From an uncultured bacterium (lineage in GTDB: Bacteria; Actinomycetota; Actinomycetes; JAVEEB01): a DNA stretch of 64,000 nt. The notes under the pieces are model-generated. The model did not search any database and had not been told where the DNA came from. It worked only from the letters and a program-made list of their open reading frames with translations. This document shows, piece by piece, positions 1-10,166 of the stretch; positions within the stretch are counted from its first letter, which is position 1; each line of letters starts with the position of its first letter. The stretch covers positions 17,895-81,894 of the forward strand of contig CAXSDE010000006.1 of the NCBI GenBank assembly GCA_964236265.1, given 5' to 3'. Made by a program: the position numbers and the translations under genes.

Positions 1-1079
1 GCGCAGCGGCGTGTCCATCTCGCGTCGCTCCGCCAATGGGCGCGCGGGCTCGCCCTCGAAGTCGAGCGCCACCCAGCCGGTGTGCGAGCGCAGCACCTGG
101 CCGAGGTGGTAGTCGCCGTGCACGCGCTGCACCGCCAGCTCCAGCGACTCGCGGGCGAAGCGGTCGTAGATGTCCGTGATGCGCGGCGCGGCCTGCGTCA
201 GCTCCGGCACGACCACGCACGCCTCGTCGAGTCGGGACCGCATGCGGGCGGCCAGCATGCGGACATGGTCCGACCCGCGGATGCCGGTCCCGAAGACCTC
301 GCGGAGCTCGGAGTGGACGGCGCCGGTCATCGCGCCGATGCGCGAGGCCTCGGACGCGAAGTCACCGCCGACCTCGTCGGCGTGCAGGTCGGCCTCGGCA
401 TACAGGTCGCGGACGCTGGTGGTCGCCATCGTCCAGCCGTCGGCGGCCGTCCGCAGGAACTCCTGCAGGAAGCCGGTCGTGACCTGTTCACCGTCGACCG
501 TCGCCTCGAGCCAGCCGAGAGGTCGCGGCACGTTGGGGCTCTCCACCGTCGACAGGCCGACGTTGATCTCCACGTCGGGATTGATGCCGGTGGCCAGCCG
601 GCGGAAGACCTTGAGGATGTATTCGTCGCCGTAGACGACCGAGGTGTTGGACTGCTCGGCGTTGAGCATGTGGCCCGGAAGGCCTGTCTGCACAGGAGCG
701 CCGGTGGAGCCGAACGACAACGGGCCGAGGTTGCCGCCGCCGCCGGCGAGCTGCTCGAGAAAGACGCACGACGCGTCAGGGTCGACGAGGGCGTCGTAGA
801 CGGCGGCCCCGCCAATGCGGGTGATGACGGACGCCTCGAGACGGTCGGGGACATCCGTGCGCCACGCGAGCGGCACGTGATAGAGGTCGCTGCCCCCGTC
901 GGTGAAGGCCACTGACAGCACCACGTCGTGCACCCGCGGATCGCCGACCGACAGCTCCTGGTCGAGGGCGATGGAGACACCCGCGATGGGCCTGCCCTTC
1001 CCCCCGAACCACCGGCGTTCCGGGAGCCACAGTGCAATCGCGTCGAGCACCTCGTCGGTGATCGGCGAACCGGTGCTGG

Positions 1080-1083
<4 letters not shown>
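1..1083 (-). CDS. mak: maltokinase (maltose-1-phosphate forming); C-terminal end lies beyond the left window edge
   Basis: Absent from the ORF track because it runs off the edge. My translation from ATG 1083 (ATGA overlap with the treS stop) reads MTSTGSPITDEVLDAIALWLPERRWFGGKGRP ... VHGDYHLGQVLR ... with no stop down to position 1. It sits directly downstream of treS, as in GlgE-pathway clusters. Confidence 0.8.
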
Positions 1084-2864
<1,781 letters not shown>

Positions 2865-2921
2865 CCCTGAGCGCGGACGGGACGGGGCAAACCTGTGCGG
2901 TGCCGTGGACGGCGACGGCGA

Positions 2922-4985
2922 CTATCCGGACGTGCGCCGCACGACGAAGACGTGCGCCGGCTCGCTGAACGGGTCGAGCCGCACGTAGTTGTCTTCGCCC
3001 CAGTCGTACGTCGTCTGCGTGAGCAGGTCGTGGGCACCGAAGCGGTCGCCGGATCCCAGGCCCAGGGCGGCGAGGTCGAGATGGACCGTCGTCTCCCGCA
3101 CGCTGTGGGGGTCGAGGTTGATCACGACCAGGACGGTGTCGTCCGTGCCGTCGCGCAGCACGAGGCGCTTGGAGAAGCAGATCATGTCGGGGCTGCCGGA
3201 GTCGTGGAAGTGCACGTTGCGCAGTCGTTGCAGGCAGGGGTGCTCGCGCCGCACGCGGTTGAGGAACGTCAGGTACGGCGCGAGCGTCCGGCCTTCCGTG
3301 TCGGCCGTCTGCCAGTCGCGGGGGCGGTATTCGTACTTCTCCGAGTTGAGGTATTCCTCGCTTCTCGCCCGGACCGCCTGGTGTTCGTACAACTCGAAGC
3401 CGGCGTACACGCCCCAGGACGGCGCGAGCAGGGCAGCAAGCGCGGCACGGATCTTGAAGATCGCCGGGCCGCCGTACTGGAGGGAGACCGGCAGGATGTC
3501 AGGGGTGTTGACCCAGAAGTTGGGGCGCATGTAGTCGGAGGCGTCCCCGGCGAGCTCCGTCACATACTCCTCGAGCTCGGCCCGCGTGTCGCGCCAGGTG
3601 AAGTAGGTATAGGACTGCGTGAAGCCGACCTGTCCGAGCGTGTGCATCAGGGCGGGCCGGGTGAAGGCCTCCGCGAGGAAGAGCACGTCGGGGTCGGTGC
3701 GGTGGATGCCGCCGATGAACGCTTCCCAGAAGGACCACGGCTTGGTGTGCGGGTTGTCGACGCGGAACACACGCACACCGTGGCCCATCCACAACCGCAC
3801 GATGCGGTCGACCTCGGCGAGGATCCCGGCGGGGTCGTTGTCGAAGTTGATGGGATAGATGTCCTGGTATTTCTTCGGCGGGTTCTCCGCGTACGCGATC
3901 GTGCCGTCGACACGCGTCGTGAACCACTCCGGGTGGCTCGTGACCCACGGGTGATCGGGGGAGGCCTGCAACGCGAGATCGAGGGCGACCTCCAGTCCCG
4001 CCGCCTGCGCCCGCGCCACGAAGGCGTCGAAGTCCGCGAACGTCCCGAGGTCGGGGTGGATCGCGTCGTGGCCGCCCTCAACGCTGCCGATCGCCCAGGG
4101 GGACCCAGGGTCGTCCGGCGCCGCTTCCAGGGAGTTGTTGGGGCCCTTGCGGTATTGGCGGCCGATCGGGTGGATCGGGGGGAGGTAGATGATGTCGAAG
4201 CCCATCGCGGCCACCGTCGGCAGCCGGTCCGCCGCGGTACGGAGCGTGCCGGAGACCCACTGGCCCGTGCGGGCGTTGCAGTGCGCGCCCTCCGAGCGGG
4301 GAAAAAACTCGTACCAGCTGGAGAACAGGGCCCGTTCCCGGTCGACCCACAGCCCTAACCGGCCCGAGACGGTCACGAGCTGGCGGAGCGGCGTCGCTGT
4401 CATCACCGCGACGACGTCCCCGGCGACGGCGGGCGCGAGGCGGTCGGCGGCCGAGAGGCTGGTGTCGGCCAGTGCGGCGGCCGCGGCACGCAACAACGGT
4501 GCCGACGCCTTCCCCGGCCCGGCGGCCGACTGCTCGAGGAGCAGCGCCCCCTCCGCCAGCTCCAGCGCGATGTCCTGGCCGGCGGCAAGCTTGACGTCGG
4601 CGTTGTGGTGCCACGTCGCGTACGGGTCGCCCCACGCCTCGATGACGAAGGACCACTGCCCCGCCGACGTGGGGGTGAGCTCGGCCTCCCAGCGGTCGGT
4701 CCCCGCGTCGACGAGGGCCATGGGCGCGAACGGCAGCGGGTTGCCCTGCGGGTCGGTCAGCACGACGTTGGCGTTGACGGCGTCGTGACCCTCACGGAAC
4801 ACGGTCGCGCCGATGGTCACCGCTTCGCCGACGACAGCGCGCGCGGACCAACGGCCGCCGCCGACCGTGGGGGTGACATCGACGATGGGAATGCGCCCGA
4901 TCATGGTGGCGAGGCTATCTGCCTGCGTCTTCGCGCCCGTCGTCGCATCGACCGGCGCGGCGGCGTTCTGGGACATGGAGGTCAT
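2922..4985 (-). CDS. glgE: alpha-1,4-glucan:maltose-1-phosphate maltosyltransferase
   Basis: 687-aa ORF. IGRIPIVDVTPTVGGGRWSARAVVGE, FRVDNPHTKP and YFTWR are typical GlgE blocks. It lies upstream of treS-mak on the same strand. Confidence 0.95.
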   Translation of the reverse strand: MTSMSQNAAAPVDATTGAKTQADSLATMIGRIPIVDVTPTVGGGRWSARAVVGEAVTIGATVFREGHDAVNANVVLTDPQGNPLPFAPMALVDAGTDRWEAELTPTSAGQWSFVIEAWGDPYATWHHNADVKLAAGQDIALELAEGALLLEQSAAGPGKASAPLLRAAAAALADTSLSAADRLAPAVAGDVVAVMTATPLRQLVTVSGRLGLWVDRERALFSSWYEFFPRSEGAHCNARTGQWVSGTLRTAADRLPTVAAMGFDIIYLPPIHPIGRQYRKGPNNSLEAAPDDPGSPWAIGSVEGGHDAIHPDLGTFADFDAFVARAQAAGLEVALDLALQASPDHPWVTSHPEWFTTRVDGTIAYAENPPKKYQDIYPINFDNDPAGILAEVDRIVRLWMGHGVRVFRVDNPHTKPWSFWEAFIGGIHRTDPDVLFLAEAFTRPALMHTLGQVGFTQSYTYFTWRDTRAELEEYVTELAGDASDYMRPNFWVNTPDILPVSLQYGGPAIFKIRAALAALLAPSWGVYAGFELYEHQAVRARSEEYLNSEKYEYRPRDWQTADTEGRTLAPYLTFLNRVRREHPCLQRLRNVHFHDSGSPDMICFSKRLVLRDGTDDTVLVVINLDPHSVRETTVHLDLAALGLGSGDRFGAHDLLTQTTYDWGEDNYVRLDPFSEPAHVFVVRRTSG

Positions 4986-5137
4986 GCGGGGCTCCTGGAG
5001 GGGTGAAGAGGTCCCCGATCGTGCGGACCCCTGTCGCCGGGCGCACCCGACGGGACTCAGGCAAAGATCCAGTCACGAAGCGCCCGCGTCAACTGCTGAA
5101 AACATGCTCGTAATGTGGCCCCAGTACGCTGTCCCGT

Positions 5138-7720
5138 GTGAAAGCACTCCGCAGATTTACCGTCCGCGTCGCCCTGCCCGCTCCGTTGGCAGGCCTCGAC
5201 GAACTCGTCAACAACCTGCGCTGGTCGTGGCACGATGGGTCCATCGATCTCTTCGAGTCGATCGACCCGGCGCTGTGGCAGCAGGTCGCCGGGGACCCGG
5301 TGCGCCTCCTGGGGGAGGTGTCCTCCGCCCGCCTGACGGAGCTTTCGCACGATCAGGAGTTTCTCGGCCGTCTCGATGGCGTGGTCGCCGATCTCCGCGC
5401 CTACCTGGCCTCCGACCGGTGGTATCAGTCGCTGCCCGACGCGCCCGCCTCGATCGCCTACTTCTCACCGGAGTTCGGCATCACGGAGACGCTGCCGCAG
5501 TATTCGGGCGGTCTCGGCATCCTCGCCGGTGACCACCTGAAGACCGCGAGCGATCTCGGCGTGCCGATCATCGGGGTCGGGCTCTTCTACGAGCACGGCT
5601 ATTTCACGCAGTCGTTGTCGGCCGACGGCTGGCAGCAGGAGCGCTATCCCCCGCTCGACCCGCAGGGGCTGCCGATCTCCCTCGTCCGCCACGAGGACGG
5701 CACGCCACTTGTCATCGACATCACGTTCCCCGGCGACCGCAGCCTGCGCGCGCACGTGTGGAAGGCGCAGGTCGGCCGCGTGCCGTTGCTGCTGCTCGAC
5801 TCCAACATCGAGGAGAACGGGCCCGCCGAGCGCGAGATCTGCGACCGCCTCTACGGCGGTGGCTCCGAGCACCGGCTGCAGCAGGAGATCCTCCTCGGTG
5901 TCGGCGGCGTCCGCGCCGTCCGGGCCTACTGCGCCCTCAGCGGCACCCCCTATCCGGAGGTCTTCCACACCAACGAGGGCCACGCGGGTTTCCTCGGTGT
6001 CGAGCGCATCCGCGAGCTCGTCGACGAGCAGGAGCTGACGTTCGACGAGGCACTGACCGCCGCGCGGGCCGGGACCGTGTTCACGACGCACACCCCGGTG
6101 CCCGCGGGCATCGACCGCTTCCCGCGGGAACTCATCCGTCAATACTTCAGCAGCGGCCTGCAGGGCAGCCTGCCCGTCGAGCGGATCCTCGCGCTCGGGG
6201 CCGAGCCCGCGGGCGGCGATCCGCATGTCTTCAACATGGCCCTGATGGGTCTGCGCATCGCCCAGCGTGCCAACGGCGTCTCGCTGCTGCACGGGATCGT
6301 CAGCCGCGGGATGTTCGCCGGTCTGTGGCCGGGCTTCGACACCCACGAGGTGCCGATCCAGTCGATCACCAACGGTGTGCACGCCGCCACGTGGATGTCG
6401 CGCGAAACACTTGCGCTCCTCGATTCGGACGGCGATTACGACGCCCTCGATGACCCGTCGATCTGGGAGCAGCTCGACCGCACCCCCGACGCGGAGCTGT
6501 GGGCCCTGCGCCGCAGCCTGCGCTCGCAGCTCGTCACGGAGGTCCGCCGGCGGACGAAGGCGTCCTGGCAGCAGCGCGGTGCGCACGACGCCGAGCTGTC
6601 CTGGGTCGACTCCATGTTCGACCCGGAGGCGCTCACGATCGGCTTCGCACGCCGCGTCCCGTCGTACAAGCGACTGACTTTGATGCTGCGCGACCCCGCG
6701 CGACTCACCAAGATCCTCACCGACCAGGACCGCCCCGTGCAGATCGTCATCGCGGGCAAGGCCCACCCCGCCGACGACGGCGGCAAGGCGCTCGTGCAGC
6801 AGATCGTGCAGTTCGCCGACCTGGCCGGCGTGCGGCACCGCATCGTCTTCCTGCCCGACTACGACATCGGGATGGCGCGGGTGATGCTGCCCGGCGTCGA
6901 CGTGTGGCTCAACAATCCGTTGCGCCCGCTCGAGGCGTCCGGCACCTCGGGCATGAAGGCGGCCCTCAACGGGGGCCTCAACCTGTCGATCATGGACGGC
7001 TGGTGGGACGAGATGTTCGATCGTTCCAGCCCCAACGGCTGGGCGATCCCCTCCTCGGAGGTCGACGACCCCGACCGTCGCGACGACCTCGAAGCGCACT
7101 CGCTCTATCACCTGATCGAGTCCGAGGTCGCGCAGCACTTCTACGACCGGGACCCGAGCGGCGTCCCCGTCTACTGGATCCAGATGGTGCGCCACGCGCT
7201 GCGCTCCCTCGGCCCGCAGGTGCTGGCAAGCCGGATGGTCATGCAGTACGTCAACGAGCTGTATGCGCCGGCCGCCCGGTCGAGCAGGGTGCTCGCCGCC
7301 TCGTCGTACGCCGCGGCCAAGTCACTCGCCTCGTGGCTCGCCGCCACGGAGGCTCAGTGGCCGTCCGTGCGTGTCACCCACGTGGAGACGGTGCTCGCGA
7401 GCGACTCGCCCGACCTCGGCAGCTCGCTGCCGATCCGGGCGGTCGTCGACCTGGGTGAGCTGTCACCGGAGGACGTCGTGGTCCAGGCCGTCTTCGGTCG
7501 CGTCAATGACACCGACGAGTTCGTGTACGACGCCGCCAAGGACATCCGCGCCTCCGCCGCCGACATGCAGTTCGCGGGCAAGTCGGACGACGGGCTCTTC
7601 CGGTTCGAGGGGGAGGTGCCGCTCGGGCGCACGGGGCCCTTCGGTTACACCGTCCGCGTCCTGCCGCGCCATGACCTGCTCGTCCACCCGGCGGAGACGC
7701 GTCTCGTCGCGATGGCGTGA
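5138..7720 (+). CDS. glgP: alpha-glucan (glycogen) phosphorylase, actinobacterial GlgP type
   Basis: 860-aa ORF. MKALRRFTVRVALPAPLAGLDELVNNLRWSWH, GGLGILAGDHLK and EASGTSGMKAALNG are phosphorylase blocks. It is divergent from glgE. Confidence 0.92.
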   Translation: MKALRRFTVRVALPAPLAGLDELVNNLRWSWHDGSIDLFESIDPALWQQVAGDPVRLLGEVSSARLTELSHDQEFLGRLDGVVADLRAYLASDRWYQSLPDAPASIAYFSPEFGITETLPQYSGGLGILAGDHLKTASDLGVPIIGVGLFYEHGYFTQSLSADGWQQERYPPLDPQGLPISLVRHEDGTPLVIDITFPGDRSLRAHVWKAQVGRVPLLLLDSNIEENGPAEREICDRLYGGGSEHRLQQEILLGVGGVRAVRAYCALSGTPYPEVFHTNEGHAGFLGVERIRELVDEQELTFDEALTAARAGTVFTTHTPVPAGIDRFPRELIRQYFSSGLQGSLPVERILALGAEPAGGDPHVFNMALMGLRIAQRANGVSLLHGIVSRGMFAGLWPGFDTHEVPIQSITNGVHAATWMSRETLALLDSDGDYDALDDPSIWEQLDRTPDAELWALRRSLRSQLVTEVRRRTKASWQQRGAHDAELSWVDSMFDPEALTIGFARRVPSYKRLTLMLRDPARLTKILTDQDRPVQIVIAGKAHPADDGGKALVQQIVQFADLAGVRHRIVFLPDYDIGMARVMLPGVDVWLNNPLRPLEASGTSGMKAALNGGLNLSIMDGWWDEMFDRSSPNGWAIPSSEVDDPDRRDDLEAHSLYHLIESEVAQHFYDRDPSGVPVYWIQMVRHALRSLGPQVLASRMVMQYVNELYAPAARSSRVLAASSYAAAKSLASWLAATEAQWPSVRVTHVETVLASDSPDLGSSLPIRAVVDLGELSPEDVVVQAVFGRVNDTDEFVYDAAKDIRASAADMQFAGKSDDGLFRFEGEVPLGRTGPFGYTVRVLPRHDLLVHPAETRLVAMA

Positions 7721-7790
7721 GTTTTTGCCGGCCGGGTGGGGAACCTGACGGCGAGTTGTGGCGTGTGACTGGGGACGGGAAGGGCGGGGC

Positions 7791-8411
7791 GTGCGCGTCG
7801 ACGCGGAGTTTGAAGCGTTGTACGTCAGCTCATTTCCGCGCGTCGTCGCACAGCTGGCTCCCCTGGCCGGCTCGATAGCAGAAGCGGAGGACCTGGTGCA
7901 GGAAGCGTTCGCGCGCGCCTACACCCGGTGGGCCCAGGTGCAGGACTACGACAACCCCGAAGCGTGGGTGCGCACCGTCGCCTCGCGCCTGGCGATCAGT
8001 CGGTGGCGTCGCGCGAAGGTCGCGGCGGCGGCGCTGGTAAAGATCGGCCACAGCAACAGCGAGGACCGCTCGTCGGCGAGCGACGCGCGCATGGACGTGA
8101 CGGCCGCGCTCGCGACGCTGCCCGTCCGCCAGCGGCAGATCGTGGTCCTGCACCACATCGCCGACATGGAGGTCGCCGCCATCGCCTCGATGCTCTCGAT
8201 GCCGGTCGGCAGCGTGAAATCCAACCTGTCCCGCGGTCGTCGCCGCCTCGCCGCCTATCTCGGCGAGGATGTCGAATTGCCCACGGTCCTCTCGCTCGAT
8301 GACGCCGCCGCGGTGCTGCGCGAGGACTCCGTCCAGCTTCCGTCCGACCTCGCCGTGCAGACCGCCGTGCAGACCGCCGAACCCGCCGCCGTCACCAGGG
8401 AGGCGTGGTGA
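7791..8411 (+). CDS. ECF-type RNA polymerase sigma-70 family factor
   Basis: Region 2 is AEDLVQEAFARAYTRWAQVQDYDNPEAWVRTVASRLAISRWRR. Region 4 is LPVRQRQIVVLHHIADMEVAAIASMLSMPVGSVKSNLSRGRRRLA. I placed the start at GTG 7791 (VRVDAEFEALY) inside the 7758 ORF. Confidence 0.85.
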   Translation: MRVDAEFEALYVSSFPRVVAQLAPLAGSIAEAEDLVQEAFARAYTRWAQVQDYDNPEAWVRTVASRLAISRWRRAKVAAAALVKIGHSNSEDRSSASDARMDVTAALATLPVRQRQIVVLHHIADMEVAAIASMLSMPVGSVKSNLSRGRRRLAAYLGEDVELPTVLSLDDAAAVLREDSVQLPSDLAVQTAVQTAEPAAVTREAW

Positions 8412-9577
8412 GCTTCGAGCAGCTGGTCGAGGACTACCGGGCCGGCAACCCGTCGTCGCTGGTGAGGGCACCCGACATCGGGGAGGTCGTCAAGCGCGCC
8501 TCCCGCCACCGCCGTCACCAGGTGGCCGGCGGCCTCGTGTCGGTCGCCCTCGTCGTGACGGCCGGCACGCTCGCGACGCAGACGGTTGTCCGCAAGAGCC
8601 CTGTCGTGGCACCGCCGGCGCAACCGTCGCTGCACCTGATCGCGTCGGACATCCTCGGCAAAGCGCCGCACTACGTCGGCCAGACGCGCGTGGATCTGCC
8701 CGTCACCTATGGCGTCGCCGGCCACAACGCGCTGTGGCTCGTCGGCAAGAAGGACGACGGCGGCTGGCAGCTCATGAAGGTGGGCGCCCCCGACGTGACG
8801 GTCTCCGTGCGCGTCACCGTGCCGAGCGAGCCGATCGGTGTCGCCGCGACCCAGCGCTACATCTGGGTCGGCGTCAACGGTGCTGACGGTCCGCAGCTCC
8901 TCCAGTACGCCGCGGACGGCAGCGCTGTGCACGTCTATCCGCTGGCTGCCCCGCCCCTGGCCGTGCACGGCGTCGACAAGGGCACGGCATGGGTCTCGGA
9001 ACGTGTGCCGGGCGGGGTGCAGGTCGCCCGTTTCGACGGGGATGCGCAGGTCGCCGGCGCCACCTCGAAGCTTGTCCCGGGGACGCCCGGCACCCCCGCC
9101 ACCGTCATGGGCAACGACAAGATCTTCGTCCACACCCGGGTCGGCACCGACACGCGGCTCGTCGCCATCTCCAGCCGGACTCTGGCGCCGTTGCCGAAAT
9201 GGTCGCTCGATTTTGGGGCGTCGACCGTGCGCGACATCGCCTTCACCGACCCCCTCTACTTCGCCGCCGCCGACGGGCCCCAGCAGGGGTTCTCGGAGGC
9301 GCCGCTCGTGCCCACGGGCGGCAACTTCCCCGCGACGACCGTGACGACGATCTCCCGGCTCCCGACCTACAAGGTGTCGACGACGAACGCCCACGCCTGG
9401 GCGCTGTCCCTCGGTCCGACCGGGAGTGTCCTCAGCCGTTACGACCGCAGCGGCGGGGGGATCGGTGCGACCATCGCGACGGATGTGAAGGCCGACAGCG
9501 TGTCCGTGATGGTCGTCGACAGCAACTACATCTGGCTGGTGGCCGGTAACAAGATCTCGGTCTTCGGGCCGAGCTGA
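8405..9577 (+). CDS. single-pass membrane protein co-transcribed with the ECF sigma (candidate anti-sigma / sensor)
   Basis: The start overlaps the sigma stop (GTGGTGA). It has a short cytoplasmic N-terminus, one TM helix (VAGGLVSVALVVTAGTLA) and a ~320-aa extracytoplasmic domain. There is no HxxxCxxC zinc anti-sigma motif, so the function is inferred from position only. Confidence 0.5.
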   Translation: MVSFEQLVEDYRAGNPSSLVRAPDIGEVVKRASRHRRHQVAGGLVSVALVVTAGTLATQTVVRKSPVVAPPAQPSLHLIASDILGKAPHYVGQTRVDLPVTYGVAGHNALWLVGKKDDGGWQLMKVGAPDVTVSVRVTVPSEPIGVAATQRYIWVGVNGADGPQLLQYAADGSAVHVYPLAAPPLAVHGVDKGTAWVSERVPGGVQVARFDGDAQVAGATSKLVPGTPGTPATVMGNDKIFVHTRVGTDTRLVAISSRTLAPLPKWSLDFGASTVRDIAFTDPLYFAAADGPQQGFSEAPLVPTGGNFPATTVTTISRLPTYKVSTTNAHAWALSLGPTGSVLSRYDRSGGGIGATIATDVKADSVSVMVVDSNYIWLVAGNKISVFGPS

Positions 9578-9604
9578 GCCTTCCCTTTGGGAGGGTCGTC
9601 TCCG

Positions 9605-10033
9605 TCAGGCGCCGTGCGGATGGTGCTCGGCCAGGAAGGCCTCGATCTGCGCTATTCCCCGAGCAGCCTCGGCGTGCACGGCGTCGGCGTGCACGGCGTC
9701 GGCGTGCACAGCGCCGGCGTGCACAGCGCCGGCGTCGGCGTGCACGGCGTCGGCGTGCACAGCGCCGGCGTCAGCGGCGGCGCCGGCCTCGCGATGCGCC
9801 GACAGTGCCTGCCGGATGCGGACGCGGGCGACGAGCGACCCGACCCCACGCAGCAGCGCCGTACCGAGTAGGAACCCCGCGACCGCCGCAACGAGAAACG
9901 CGGCCGTCCGTCGGTGGCCGTCCTGCAGGCCGGCCGCGGCGAGCAGGTCGGCGATGCCCAGCAACAGGGCCGCTGACCACAGGATCAGTCCGGTCGACAG
10001 GTGCCGCCCGCGGGCGATCATGCGCACCGCCAT
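9605..10033 (-). CDS. small membrane protein with C-terminal pentapeptide tandem repeats (D/G-A-V-H-A)
   Basis: This is the inner part of the 9605..10384 ORF, taken from ATG 10033 (MAVRMIARG). It has two hydrophobic helices (LILWSAALLLGIADLLAAAGL, AAFLVAAVAGFLLGTALL). These are followed by ADAGAVHADAVHADAGAVHAGAVHADAVHADAVHAE, encoded by the 15-bp repeat. The start is uncertain. Confidence 0.45.
   Translation of the reverse strand: MAVRMIARGRHLSTGLILWSAALLLGIADLLAAAGLQDGHRRTAAFLVAAVAGFLLGTALLRGVGSLVARVRIRQALSAHREAGAAADAGAVHADAVHADAGAVHAGAVHADAVHADAVHAEAARGIAQIEAFLAEHHPHGA
9671..9772. repeat. 15-bp tandem repeat (GGCGTGCACGGCGTC / GGCGTGCACAGCGCC), about 6.8 units, in frame within the 9605..10033 CDS
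   Basis: Read directly. Full units start at 9671, 9686, 9701, 9716, 9737 and 9752; 6-bp partial units lie at 9731 and 9767. Confidence 0.9.
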
Positions 10034-10166
10034 CGTCGCTCGCCTCCAGATGCGTCCGATCGCCTGAGCGGATCGGCGCGGTCGCTTGCCGAGACAGTGC
10101 ACCATCCGCGCCCTCTCAAACACGGCGACAGGCCACATCATCCTGACCGGCCGAACGGGTGCGGAG

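Noticed and set aside
2895-4358. 487-aa plus-strand ORF
   Set aside because: It is antisense to glgE, has low-complexity Arg/Gly/Val composition, and has no start or RBS context.
5465-7195. 576-aa minus-strand ORF
   Set aside because: It is antisense to glgP. The same shadow-ORF character applies.
9587-9871. Plus-strand ORF reading VGVHGVGVHSAGVHS across the 15-bp repeat
   Set aside because: It is a product of the repeat read on the other strand, with no flanking protein-like sequence. The minus-strand frame links the repeat to two TM helices and is preferred, though still tentatively.
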